DNA of 63,374 nt, filler included, from Reticulomyxa filosa (lineage: Eukaryota > Protista > Foraminifera), in assembly GCA_000512085.1 (NCBI GenBank). It is 16 parts of 16 records of this genome, joined end to end, with 100 filler letters (N's around TTAATTAATTAA, not from the genome) between each part and the next. Parts side by side here need not be neighbours in the genome. Positions count along the whole stretch, not along the records: positions 1 to 2,019 come from ASPP01008143.1; positions 2,120 to 4,908 come from ASPP01009611.1; positions 5,009 to 6,412 come from ASPP01047715.1; positions 6,513 to 8,043 come from ASPP01024455.1; positions 8,144 to 30,736 come from ASPP01026239.1; 11 more parts are not named here. The stretch is one strand, 5' to 3'. The position numbers and the translations under genes were made by a program. Numbering within the stretch: position 1 is the first letter of the stretch; the number at the start of each line of letters is the position of its first letter. The notes beneath the pieces were generated by a model that worked only from the letters and a program-made list of their open reading frames with translations, did not search any database and was not told the origin of the DNA. Shown piece after piece: positions 1 through 12,584 of this stretch.

Positions 1-40
<40 letters not shown>

Positions 41-98
41 AAATTTTTTTTTTTATATTTGCTGAAATTAAGTTATAAAAAAAAAAATAGAACAAAAC

Positions 99-613
99 TG
101 ATTCCATGCCTCATTTCCAAAAGCAATGACTCGGTGGTGTTGATCCAATAACAATGCTGTCTTCGTCTTACAAGTCACTTCTCTTCTGTCTGACACTCCA
201 CTGCTACTCCAATCTGTGATCAAATGGACCCCTTTGCCTCCTTTGGTGTTCACGTTCATTGCAGTTCCATCGGTTCCAAAATCGATCGCAATCACATACT
301 CGAAATCTTCCTTATTTTCCCGCGGTACGACTGACCTTTTTGTTTCCGAGAAAGGTATTTTTAAAAAAATGGAGCGAGTTTAAAAAAAAAAAAAAAAAAT
401 TTAAACAAAAATAACAAAGCTGTGGTGCTTCGAGTCTATTATAAGTTGGTCGTGGCACTTCCGTTACAATTTGCTGGTAATCGTCTTTTGGCTGATTGAG
501 CGCCTCGACTCGGGGAGGTTTTGAATATGCTTTCCTTGCTAGAAGGCACGTAGTTCCTTCATTTTTCTACTTTTTCCGTCGTTTTCTTCGCTCTTTTCTT
601 CTATATTTGCCAT
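99..613 (-). CDS. HSPA12-like Hsp70-family ATPase, 5' exons (partial; runs off the contig)
   Basis: The exon at about 335-99 encodes EYVIAIDFGTDG...W...KTKTALLLDQHHRVIAFGNEAWNQ, matching the HSPA12 pattern (AxDFGT...KTPTxxLL...FG). A GT donor lies at 98-97. Upstream exon structure and the ATG at 613 are tentative. Confidence 0.7.
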
Positions 614-1022
614 TTCTAATGCTCTTTTTGAAATTTTTTCCAAAAGCACTTCCCAGCCTTTAACGCTCTGTTTAGACGCGAACTTAAAATTTTAAAGTTG
701 AATTTTACTTGTTTGCAAGTTGTGATTTATAAAAAATATATTGTGCAAATATCGATATCCCTTTCTGATATCGTATCCGTCTGGTGTTAAACCTTCATGA
801 GCATCCACTATTGTTTTATATTTTAACTGCAAATATTTGAAAGGACGATTGAGCGTGTATAAACACACAAAAAAAAAAAGAAAAAGAGTTGCTTTCAAAT
901 AAGTTTGTGAAGATACATTATTTTGAATTATTATTTACGTAGAAAAAAATGAAGTATAATTTTTTTCAGACATTCCCTTTTTTTTTTTTAAACGACACAA
1001 GAGGGGAGGAGGAAAAAAAAAA

Positions 1023-2019
1023 CTACAAAGTTTTGGAACGAATTAAATTGACAATATTTTTGGCTCCAACAACAACAACTTCTTGCGCGCTGCTCGCGTT
1101 TTCAATGACATTGATGTAATACAAGTGATGGTTGTCCAATTGAAAAGACAACAGATTTTGTTTTAATTCGTCGACACTTTGATGTTGTAAAGAAGATTTG
1201 GTCCATTCGAATTTGGGATAAGCGTACCATTCTTTTTCAACGATAGTGCTTTTGTCAATGTCTGAGAACATGTCACCCCAGTCTTGATCTGTCATCCGTT
1301 CGCAGCATTGCATTTTGCACCAATTGTCGTCCTTGTCGATGCCCATCGAATTCACTTTGCATTTTCGCTTGCTGTGGGGTTGTCCGCCAAAGTTGGACGA
1401 TAAGAGCGTGTTCACATAAGTGTCAAACTCTTTGCGTTTTTCGGGGTCGTGCAAGTTGAAGTATTTCGGGTTCAATACCCCACGAAGCGCGTAGCAATAA
1501 GTTTTCTGAAACTCTTGTCCGCCATGGAACTTTACTAATTTCTGTAAGTCATTCAAATAAATAAAATTATTATTATACGTATACATATATATACACATAT
1601 ATATATTTATATGTATACGTATGTGTGCATGTGTGTAGTAGTATAATGTATATCTAAACATTGGTTCTATCCTCAAAACCTTCAAATTGGATATTGGCCA
1701 AGCACAACGGCGTTGCAAGGATGACGACGTCATACTCGTTTCGTGTGACGGACGTAGGTTTGTGTGGATCGACGGACTCGACAATGTATTCGAAGCCATC
1801 CGAGTGTTGCTTCTTTCGTTTGACGACTTTGGTGACACGAGAGTTTAGACACACCTTGGCTTTGGACTCTCGAATTAAGTTTTCTTCCAACAGAATGTTC
1901 CCATCCGTGCAATACCACACCTTGCCACTGGCCAGCGGCGCGATGCTCATCATCGTCACCAAAGGGGTCAACGTTTCTGGGTTTTGGTTGTAATTCGTGC
2001 GATTCAGCGCCGTCACAAA
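1023..2019 (-). CDS. PCYOX1: Prenylcysteine oxidase/lyase, 3' part; exons 2019-1660 and 1541-1023
   Basis: Motifs RTNYNQ, GN..L...LI..SKA.V, YDVVILATPL, WYAYPKF and LYYINVIENASSAQEVVVVGAKNIVNLI. The phase-0 GT-AG intron 1659-1542 joins DRTN|KLVKF. Confidence 0.85.
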
Positions 2020-2119
2020 NNNNNNNNNNNNNNNNNNNNNNNNNNNNNNNNNNNNNNNNNNNNTTAATTAATTAANNNNNNNNNNNNNNNNNNNNNNNNN
2101 NNNNNNNNNNNNNNNNNNN
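2020..2119. other. Artificial contig linker (N44-TTAATTAATTAA-N44); first of 15
   Basis: The same 100-nt spacer, with stops in all six frames, occurs at 2020, 4909, 6413, 8044, 30737, 37323, 39463, 40633, 41947, 44463, 48754, 49956, 51429, 56773 and 62074. It splits the window into 16 unlinked contigs. Confidence 0.98.
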
Positions 2120-3589
2120 TTTTTTTTTTTTCACATTCTTTTCTTACCCAAATGCTGAACCTTTATTCCTTGCGTTGTCTTCCCACGTCACGTTCATTAC
2201 GCTTAGCTCATGCTTCTTTGCCAGTTTTTGAGCATCAGAGTTGTCTTTTTTTTAAATATTGCCTTCTTTCCCATCTGTGTTTTCCCTTCCAAACTTTTTC
2301 TTTATTAGAGACTCAACTATTGATCATTTCTTGTACCGCTTTGATAACGGGTAATAATGGAGTTGTAGACATATTTGCTTGAAAATGTATCAATTGCAAC
2401 AGTCCAAAAGTCTTTTTTTTTATAACTTTTGTTATCTTGGACCCACATATTATTTTTTTTTCAGTTGACCCTTAGCTGTTAACCGTTTCTTCAGACATTT
2501 TTATTTCTCAAATTCGCAGCTTTCTTTACACTAAACAAACACTCCGTAAAAACAAAAAAAGTTTGTTGTTAAAATTTGCACAATATATTAACTTTATCTT
2601 TCAAGCTGATATGTTCCTTTTTTCCATCTACTCATACATAATGTTGTTATCCTATAATACAGTTCGAAAGGAGGAGTAAGTACTGATTTGAAAAAAACTT
2701 TAGTTCTAACTAATAGACTAAAAAAAAAAAATGACTGCTCACGATAATCACCCAAATCGCGTCAATTTCAGCACATATTTAAAAATCGCTTGGTATCATG
2801 GAGATAATCCGTCCTCTTTGCTCGCTCACTCAGAGCAACATGTTAGACGTTGGAACGACTGCCAAAATCAAAGGACAAAGTTCTGCACCTGATGCAGAGG
2901 AACAACATCAATCTGAATCACAAAAAATAGCATGAATACAATGATAGCGTTAAAATCTTTAGAAATTAGATCATCTTGTCGTAAAGATTATAAAAATTTA
3001 GTTTAATTTCTTTTGAAGTGAGTCAGTTTTCTTAATTAATCATTGAGTCTATCATTCAGTAAGCAAAAATTATTTCATACTTTAATGTGGTACTTTTTAA
3101 AAATTTATACAAATAACATTATTTACAGTTTTCAATGATTAGTTTGTCCAAGTCTCTCAATATTCACTTTTTGCAAACAATTTGCACAAGATCTATTTTA
3201 TAACATAACGTCTATCAAGTAAATAATATATATTACTGAACTATAAAAGAGTTGATGAGTTACCAGTGTGTTAAACTTATACACTAACTTTTCTTCAATA
3301 TATGTTTGTTTTCTTTCTTTTATTGTGTTATTAATCTTCCATTTACTTAATTTACTTTTTTTTGTCGAAAACATATCTCTTTTTGAGTAAAACTTTTCGT
3401 ATTACATTTAGTGTATTTTCTTATCATCAGCAGACGTCCCAAAATACATATAAAAACATTTTTCAAAAACAAAAAAAAAACATATAAGACAAATAACATA
3501 ACTATTTTTTTTGTAGTAATCATTTCATCTTTAATACGCAAAGACTCACAACAACTATGTTCATTTAGCATTCAAAAAAATATCAAAAT

Positions 3590-4194
3590 CTTAATATATT
3601 ATACTTTGCACGTTGTTTTATTAGTGATTTCTTAAAAAAATAAGTTTAAAAAAAACTTCATTTTCATCAGAGTAATCAGTAAATACTATAAAAAACAAAA
3701 ACAAAAGATATTTACATACCTTTTCAAAAAAACTAATTTTGAATAAGCAACGAACGTAAAAAAAGAACAACAAAAAGTTGATAAAAGTTTTATGTTCGTG
3801 ACTTGCGAAAGTTATGTAGTTTTTTCTTTTGTGTAATAGTTTGAATGTTTTTGTTTTGATAAAAAATAATTATTTTGATTTTGGTACATTTTATATCAAA
3901 TATTTAACATTTTTTAAGTTCTAAAAAAAAACTTATTTTCTTTAATAAAATTATTTTAAATTGATGTCCTTTAAAGCGTTTCTGTGTTTAAAAAAAATAT
4001 ATAAAAGAGATTTTGTCAACTTATTCAAATATTGAAAATTGAAACAAGTCAGCTTTTATTTATTTAAATCTTCAAATATCACACTTTACACTGCATTGTT
4101 GTTTTTTTTCACAAAAATTTAATAAAAAGACAACTTCATTTTAGTCAGTCAATCAGTAAATCTATCACATAAAAACAAAAACTATTTACATACC
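3590..4194 (+). repeat. Diverged ~130-bp direct repeat pair (about 3590-3720 and 4066-4194)
   Basis: The blocks aaatctt..., aacttcatttt, aatcagtaaat, aaaaacaaaaac and tatttacatacc occur in the same order in both copies. Confidence 0.7.
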
Positions 4195-4524
4195 ACTTGA
4201 CGCAAGTCCATTTCCACAAGCTTATCATTTTCAGCAGGAAAAAAGATATGTCATTTTGAATGACGATAATCTTATTGGACTAAAACAAAGAGCGGCAAAT
4301 GTTATTCACTTTATGAACTTTTTGAATAATTGTGTCACGCTTTCTTTACTCCTCCAGTACAACCCCAAGTTCAAATAGAATTACAAACAAAATATTTGAA
4401 TAATTAATTCTTAATTACTTTTACCTCTTTGACCTGTCTCTCAGCAACATCACATGTTGGTAACACATAACGGGAGAAAAACGGAAAGGGCCGCCAAAAA
4501 AAAAGTTGCTTTAAAATCTACGAG

Positions 4525-4833
4525 ATGTCATATATTCCAATGAACGTGTCCTATAATTCAAATAATCCAATACTCCCTTTTGCCATGACAGGCATAAATA
4601 TGGGTAATTGGCAGCATTTCCCCCAGTATCAAAATGGCTTCCTTTTGAAGCCATATACACAGCCCCGTAACGTGTATCCACAACTTCGTTGGTGCTCTAT
4701 TTTCGTAAACACTGCCGCGATGGGGATGAAGTCATTGGAGGGAGCCACAGAGTTTGACAACGAGCTGCTTGAGGACATTGAGCACTATGACGTTGAGCAA
4801 GCTCTAGCTGCCGGGAAAAAAAAATGCCTCTAA
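4525..4833 (+). CDS. Hypothetical protein, probable first exon
   Basis: ATG-initiated 102-aa ORF with higher GC than its flanks, ending in an intron-like poly-A/T tract at the contig end. No family recognised. Confidence 0.4.
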   Translation: MSYIPMNVSYNSNNPILPFAMTGINMGNWQHFPQYQNGFLLKPYTQPRNVYPQLRWCSIFVNTAAMGMKSLEGATEFDNELLEDIEHYDVEQALAAGKKKCL

Positions 4834-5117
4834 TTTTTTGCTTTTTTTTTTTTTTTTTTTTTGCAAAGTATTCCTTTTAATTGAGTATGCATATCCAAAA
4901 AAAAAAAANNNNNNNNNNNNNNNNNNNNNNNNNNNNNNNNNNNNNNNNNNNNTTAATTAATTAANNNNNNNNNNNNNNNNNNNNNNNNNNNNNNNNNNNN
5001 NNNNNNNNTTTATTAAAATTAAGAAATTTTCAAATTTTTTTGTTTACATTTTAGAAATCTCCAAGTCGCGTAGATACTTTTTTTAAAAAAATTATGCTTG
5101 TATCATTCGTATTCTTT

Positions 5118-5223
5118 GAGAAAAATCATATTCTTTTATTCCAGTTTATTCACTTTGTATGCCGAATGATTCAAATTTTACTACTGAGTCAATAAACTGG
5201 AATAAAAGAATATGATTTTTCTC
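5118..5223. repeat. Perfect 33-bp inverted repeat with a 40-nt spacer (hairpin)
   Basis: GAGAAAAATCATATTCTTTTATTCCAGTTTATT (5118-5150) is the exact reverse complement of 5191-5223. Pairing extends 3 bp further after one mismatch. Confidence 0.92.
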
Positions 5224-5535
5224 CTTAACAATTAAAAATTCAATATAGTAATGAAGAAGCTTTTGAAAGTAATATGCTGTGTTAAAACACGTTTTTATTA
5301 CTTATTCAAGTAAAACATATTGTAGGCTGCTATATATTCATTGATGGTGAAGTGGAACATTCGGTCATTACTATACTATCGAATAAGTTTGTGTAAAAGT
5401 TAATAACAACTTTGATGATGTGTTCCCTCTTTTATCAAGTGAATGAGCGATTTGTTGCTTGATAAAAAAAAATTCACATGTATCTGCTTTAGAATGCTTT
5501 CAACAAACATCGAGTTATAAAAAAAAAAAAAAAAA

Positions 5536-6345
5536 TTAAACATTCTCTTTTGAGTGGAGTGATGAAGAAGAATGTTTGGAGGTATCATCAACATTAAGAC
5601 TAGGGTTAAAGTTGAAGTCAAGAGATAGCATGTCTTGTTTAGACATATTTCGAAGTTGAACTTGTGGGTGATCCTTTTCAATGGCATCGCACAAAGCATT
5701 GATATTTTCGACGATCCGAGGAAACACGTACTCATGATTCAACAAAGTAAACAAAAGTGGGAAAAATGGAAAGGCGCTCAATATCAACTTGTAAGCAATC
5801 GGAGCAGTGCTTAACACTACGTATTGAAAAGGATTCCAATAAATCAGGCCAATGGTACCCACATACGACAGAGTAACCCCACGCCACGATATGAAATCCA
5901 GTGTTTTCAGGTCTTTTGCAAAGGCTATAAGTTGGAACAACTTTTCATTATATGCCTTTGGAGAGTCAGAAACTTCCGACAGTTTCCAAAGTGCGCGGTT
6001 GAACCACACGCAATGCACATATTCGATCAACACTGGGATGCCCAACATCACCAACTCCAGGCCCATTGGCGTGTTCAGATATAATAAAAAGTGATGTGCA
6101 ATGGGGAAAAATATTGTCGGGATTACAAAACCGTAGTATCGAGCAAGCGGCTTTTTCAATAACATACAACCCTTGTGCAACTCTTGTATCCCTTCGTCTG
6201 TCGTTCGCACATTGCCTTCGCTCTTAGCTTCCGGTGATCCACCGACAAAATGTCTCGACGACGTTAAGCGAGGTAGGCACCTCAGATATCTATTACAGTC
6301 TTTTTTCGCCCATATTCTGAATGCAAGTCTGTATTTACAGTTCAT
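5536..6345 (-). CDS. Hypothetical multi-pass membrane protein, possibly mitochondrial
   Basis: Intronless 269-aa ORF with an Arg-rich N-terminus resembling a presequence and about 4 hydrophobic segments. Confidence 0.6.
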   Translation of the reverse strand: MNCKYRLAFRIWAKKDCNRYLRCLPRLTSSRHFVGGSPEAKSEGNVRTTDEGIQELHKGCMLLKKPLARYYGFVIPTIFFPIAHHFLLYLNTPMGLELVMLGIPVLIEYVHCVWFNRALWKLSEVSDSPKAYNEKLFQLIAFAKDLKTLDFISWRGVTLSYVGTIGLIYWNPFQYVVLSTAPIAYKLILSAFPFFPLLFTLLNHEYVFPRIVENINALCDAIEKDHPQVQLRNMSKQDMLSLDFNFNPSLNVDDTSKHSSSSLHSKENV

Positions 6346-6664
6346 TTTTCAGTTCAATTTTTTTTTCTTTTTTTCTTCGTTCGAAAATTGAAGTACTTGA
6401 TTTTTCGCTTGTNNNNNNNNNNNNNNNNNNNNNNNNNNNNNNNNNNNNNNNNNNNNTTAATTAATTAANNNNNNNNNNNNNNNNNNNNNNNNNNNNNNNN
6501 NNNNNNNNNNNNTACTAAATTACACTAACCTAAAAAAAAAAAAAATAAAGGATAAAATATTGAAATAATTATGAAAGATTTAATAAAAAACCAAAATGAT
6601 ATTTAAAAAGTACACTATTTATGATATTTTTTAAAAATTAGATATAAATATGGTTTTTTCATGT

Positions 6665-6727
6665 AGAAATCAATCATCTCTATAAGGTGACGTTTTATGT
6701 GTCAACTTTACTTTACATTATACTGTA
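6665..6727 (+). repeat. Dispersed repeat fragment, also present at about 8671-8732 on a different contig
   Basis: The 17-mer ATCATCTCTATAAGGTG is exact at 6673-6689 and 8679-8695, followed by similar tcaacttt...catt.tactgta in both. Confidence 0.7.
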
Positions 6728-7832
6728 TATTGATATAAATGACTTAATATCAAATATAGACACTTTGATTATTTATAAAACGATGATAACAAAGATTTGA
6801 TGAAGATCGACATTAACAGGCGATTGATAGATTGACGGAATCTTTGTTTACTATTCATTATCGATGCAGACACACGCTGTAAAGAACAGATATTGCTTTT
6901 TTCATTTGTGTACACTTAGTCTATTATCCACTAAAGATGCTGGACATGTAATACTTCTTGTGACGATCTGAAGCGCTTTAAACATATCAAATCTCAAAGC
7001 AAAAAGCAAAATCTATGAAAGCATGAAAATTCAAGCTTCATGTTTGCACAAAGAGTGATCTTTCGAGGTTGACAAATATTTCATATTGATAAATCATTTT
7101 TGTTGGTATTCCATTTCTGTTCTTCTCTTAGTTTTCAATGAGTTGTTTGTTCTCTCTTGGAATATCATTTATTGTAAAGAATGTCACAAGAAAAAAAAAT
7201 TAAAGCGGATTCAACTTGAAACAGTGCAAGGTCTTTGCTGGTTTTGTATGACGAATAATGAAGACTAAGTAACTTTGCAGTTTGTGAAACAGATGGGATG
7301 TGGGATATGCGTAGTTCCAGGAACAGCCTCAAAGAAAAGGATAGAAATAGTAAAATGAAGAAATTTTTTTTTGAATGTCATTTTTCCATTTATTTTGTAC
7401 TTCTTTTATGTAAGCTGCCCAAAAGCTGTTAACACAATTAGGCAAGGCCGCAACAATTCTTAAATTTAAATAGATCAAAAAGTTGCAAAAACAATTTTTC
7501 TAAAACAGTTACATTTTGCTCAACACAGCAATCTAAAATTATAAAAATAAATACAAAAATAATTTCAATTAATGCAGAACATACAAATACATTTTTTTAA
7601 GCATAGAATAAGCAAAGACTACACACACAAAGAAAAACTTTAAACTATATACTTGGGACAAAAACTTAAATATAAAAAGGGTCAACAATACTTGTTCCAA
7701 ACAGAGATCTAAGGAATAAAAAATGAAAAAAAATCTTCCCTTATTTGAAAGAAAGATATTTATTCACATTACTAAAATATCAAGATTCATCAATCACTTC
7801 TTTTATAAACGAACAATAATTTTAAGTTTATA

Positions 7833-8043
7833 TTATCCCCAAACACGAATAGGGCCCTTCTTTGAACCATAACACAAATTGAAGCCACAATCGACATTTT
7901 TTGTGTTTTCTTTTTTTTCCAATGGTAAAAATTTAAGAGATCTAATTCTATCATCTTCTTTGTCATCGCCTTTCATTACATGCAATTCCTTATTTGATCG
8001 AATATCCCAAAAACGAATTGTATTATCAAGTGACCCAGAACAA
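7833..8043 (-). CDS. WD40-repeat protein, C-terminal fragment (not in the ORF track)
   Basis: Minus-strand translation reads CSGSLDNTIRFWDIRSNKELHVMKG...LKFLPL...NLCYGSKKGPIRVWG*. Confidence 0.85.
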
Positions 8044-9168
8044 NNNNNNNNNNNNNNNNNNNNNNNNNNNNNNNNNNNNNNNNNNNNTTAATTAATTAAN
8101 NNNNNNNNNNNNNNNNNNNNNNNNNNNNNNNNNNNNNNNNNNNTTATTTCTTTAGAATGATTAAATTTTTTTTTTAAAAGTATGTATCTTTTTTTTTTAG
8201 AAGTAAAAACGTTACAACTTAAAAGTTGCTATTTTTTATTGAGTTAAAGGTTAATTCTATGTGGCATTTTGTTATTACGTTTCACAAGCAACAAGGATTT
8301 GGTAAGATAAGCGTTTTTGAAAGATATTGCTGAAACCTTAAAATTATTTGTTGTGTGTATGACTTGTATTTGAAATAGTCGGAAGAAAAGAAATTAAGGT
8401 AATTATTAAATATTGGGTTCGAATATTAAACATTAAATTAGGTTGAACTTTGATTTTAACAACTTGCTGCCAAATTTGTTATGTTTTTTACTTTTTGTTT
8501 TTATCATTTAATTGTACTATCTTTATACAATGAAATGCAAAAGAAAGTTGACATAAAACGGCACCTTATAGAGATGATGATTTTCTTCATGAAAAAACAA
8601 CATCCAGACATAATTTTTAAAAAATTCTCCAAATGTTTTGCACCAATTTTTCAAAAAAAATTTTCATAAAGAAAATCTATCATCTCTATAAGGTGCTGTT
8701 TTTGTATCAACTTTTTTTTGCATTCTACTGTAAAATAAAAATCTAAACTTTCTAAAAACTTTAATGTTGTTTTGCAATAATTAAAAACGCAAGATAAGTA
8801 ATTGATTTATTAACAAATTACATATAATAAAAACTAAAGACAATCAGTATTCTGAAAGATAGAAAGATTTTTATTATGCTTGTTGAACTGAAGTTGTTTT
8901 TTTCATTATTAAAGCTAGTAGTCATTCTTTGAAATTGATGATAAATATCTCACTCAATATGTGAATGTAATAAAGAATCCCTTCAAACAACAATGATTTT
9001 TGTTGATGAACAAGAAATTTCTTATTTCAATTATTACAAAAATTATGAATTTTTTTTAACAGATTTAAGAGCTGAAAAAAACTTACAAACAAGAGAAAAA
9101 GGGGTTTAAAAAAAAATGGGTTAGAAGAAAAACTTTTAAAAAATTTTTCAAATAACTGAACGTTAAGT

Positions 9169-12134
9169 ATGTCTTACAAAGCTTTTCTTTGCTTTGAAGA
9201 AGAGACGCATGAAGTAACACTTTCATCTTTGAGCTTAAAAAGTTTGGAAGCTGAAGTAATAGAACTACTCAACGCAACAACTATTAATGATAATGATTTT
9301 AAAATTGTTGATAACAATGGTGAAGACGTTACCAATGATGAAGAATTAAGAGCTGCATTTAAAGTGGAACCTGTTTTCTTTTTTATTTACAGTTTTGTTG
9401 TTAGTAATTTATTTATTTTTAAAAAAATTGGAAAAAAAATAGGCAGTGGCAATGATACAAAGAAATATCCAGAAGAAAAAAAAAGAGAAGAAGATAGTGT
9501 TAGCAGTGATGACAGTAATGACAATGACGACAAGTATGATGACGATGATGATTATGATAATAATAATCATGATAATGATGAATGTTATAAAATTGTAAAT
9601 CCATTGGTATTATTGACAGGAGCTGCAAGATATGACACTTTAAATTATTTACCCAAAGTAAACAAAGATTTGATGATGATTAAAGACTTATTTGAAGAAA
9701 TATATGAATACAATGTATGCTGTACTTATAATCCAAATCATCCTGAAAGTGACACATTAACATTGAATGAATTAGATATTTTTTTGAAGAACCATCATTA
9801 TTATGATAACAATTGGGATTCATTAATATTTGTATGGTATGGCTATGGTAATACAATATCAAATGAAGGAGATGTGTTAATAACATCAGATGATCATAAA
9901 CATAAATCATTTAAAAAGATACAAGAATTCTTTGCAAATATGTTTTTACATAAGCCAAAGATATTTATTAAAAATATATATAAAGAAAATAAAGAAAAAC
10001 AACAACAACAGCAATTGTATAATAGCGAATCAGATACTTTTATAATATCGTCAATAACTCCTATGAAATTGGCATCTAATCATAATAATATAAGTCATTT
10101 TACCGAGTGTTTTTATAACATTATGTCACAAAGCAGTATATCATTGGAATCATTAAAATCACTAAATGATAATTTGATATCAATTAATAAATTAATTAAA
10201 CAAAAGCTATTAAAAGGACAAACTAATGAAACTGTAATAAATTGTGATAAAAATATATTTCTTTATAATAATTATTTATTAAATATAGGCATTGAGATGA
10301 ATAAAAATCATCCATGGAATGAAGCAAATAAAATAGCACATGAAATGATGAATGAAATGATAGATGAAAAACAACAAGGAATAATAGTTGTTTCAACAAA
10401 TATTGATAAATTAGCAAAATCAAATAATAAATGGTTTTGGCAAGATATGCCATTTACAATGATGATAAATTCAATAGAATATATGAAAAAAAAAATATAA
10501 TTGGGCCATATTCAATTTGTGTATTTCATTCAAGAAAAATAATATTTGATAACATTGTAATTGATGGATGCGTTTATGTTATTGATTGTATTATTGATGG
10601 TTATGGAAAAAATTATATTACTAAACAACTTATCCACACTGATAATTCTATTATTCAATGTTTTTTTTATTCTTATGTTTTTATTTATTCTTGGCCTATT
10701 GATATAGTAAAATCAATAAATTTAGGAATAGATGAATTAGATAAATTAGATGAATTAAAGTTTAATAAAGCAATACAATATTTTCATTTTATACTTTGTT
10801 TTAAATTACAAACATTATGTAATGACGATTACGATGATGATATTATAATGGCTTATGCGTGGTTAGGTAGAGCATATGATGATAAAAAAGAATATGACAA
10901 AGCAATTAAATATTATAAAAAAACACTAAAAATATATTTAAATAAAGATAAATATAATAATGTTGATGTTGGAACTTTATATAATAATTTAGGGAGTATT
11001 TGTTATTATAAAAAAGAATATAATAAAGCAATAAAATATTTCAAAAAAGATTTAAGAATTAATAGTAATAATAATAATGATCTTAATATTGCAACATCTT
11101 GTGGTTGGTTAGGTTTAGCATATAGAGGAATAGGAAAATATAATAAATCATTAAAATATTTTGAAAAAGCATTACATATTGAATTAAAAACATTTGGTAT
11201 TTGTCATACAGATGTTGCTACTTCCTATAGTAATTTAGGAATGACTTATAATAAAAAAGGCGAGCATAATAAAGCAATTGAATATTATAACATGTCATTG
11301 AATATTAGATTAGATAAAACAGGATATTGGCATATTGATATTGGTGCTTTATATAATAATTTAGGAAGTGCATATAATAGTAAAGGTGAGTATGGTAAAT
11401 CTATTGAATATTATAAAAAGGCATTACCTATTTTTTTATATAGATCTAAATTTGAATATAATCATTATATTCTTATTGGATTATATAGTGGTTTAGGACT
11501 TGCATATAAAGATAAAGGAGAATATAATAATGCAATTCAATATCTTAAAAAATCTTTAGATATTAACTTAAAAACATTAGCACATGATAATCCTTCAATT
11601 TCTGTTGCATATAATAATTTAGCATGTCTTTATAAAGATAAAAAAAAATTTAATAAAGCAATTGAATATTATAAAAAAGCATTAAAAATTGTTTTAAAAA
11701 GTGATGGTCATCATCGTGATATTTCTATTTATTATAATAATTTAGGACAATGTTATTATATTAAAAAAGAAAATGTAAAAGCAAAAAAATATTTTGAAAA
11801 ATCATTAAAAATTAAATTAGATACAGTAGGATCTGATCATATTAGTATCGCTAATTCATATATTAATTTATCATATATTTATTGTTATGAAGGACAATAT
11901 AATAAAGCATTAGAAATTGCCAAAAAAGCGTTAGATTTAAGATTAAAAAAATTAGATCGTAATCATCCAGATGTTGGTGCAGCATATCTTGCTTTAGGAG
12001 ATATCTATCATGAAAAATTTGATATAATAAATGCAAGAAAATATTACGAAAATTCATTGTCTATTTATACTCAAAAATTAGGTACTAATCATCCTAAAAC
12101 AAAAAATGTAACAGCTACATTACAAAAATTGTAA
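9169..12134 (+). CDS. PB1-like + inactive caspase-like (C14 fold) + ~10 TPR protein; one -1 frameshift in the A10 run at 10486-10495
   Basis: N-terminus YKAF...FKIVDNNGEDVTNDEEL is PB1/OPCA-like. NPLVLLTGA..Y...LP.V.KDL...DLFE, DSLIFVWYGYG...GDVLITSD and KPKIFIKNIYK align with the active caspase-like gene at 42478 but lack His and Cys. These are followed by ~42-aa kinesin-light-chain-type TPRs (YNNLG..Y..KGEY.KAIEYY.KAL). A small in-frame intron probably ends at 9442. Confidence 0.8.
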
Positions 12135-12584
12135 TTGTATCATTTATTCATGTGTTTGTGTTGATTTGATCAATTAAAATTTGATCCAAATATATTGTAG
12201 TAAATTACTGCTTAGAGAAAGCCTTTGTTAAGTGTAATAATAGATTGCTAACATTTGAGCAAACTTTAGAACTTAATTCAATAATACTGTATTTTTGTTT
12301 TATTACATTGATTCAATAGGTATGGCATTGACTTTAAAAAACATCGGTGCCATACTCTCCTCAGCAAATAAATGACAAAAAAAAGATCTTGTACTAATTT
12401 TTTGGACTCTTTAAATTTTCAAAAGAAAATACTTTTATTTCTCACTTAAGTGTTAAGATTATCCCCGAACATGAGCAGTATTTGAAGTACGCGTGAAAAT
12501 GCGATAAGAGGTTTTTAAAAAACTGGAGTTGACATCGAACTTTTTTATTTATTTTATAATAACTATAACTCTAAATAAAAAAGA

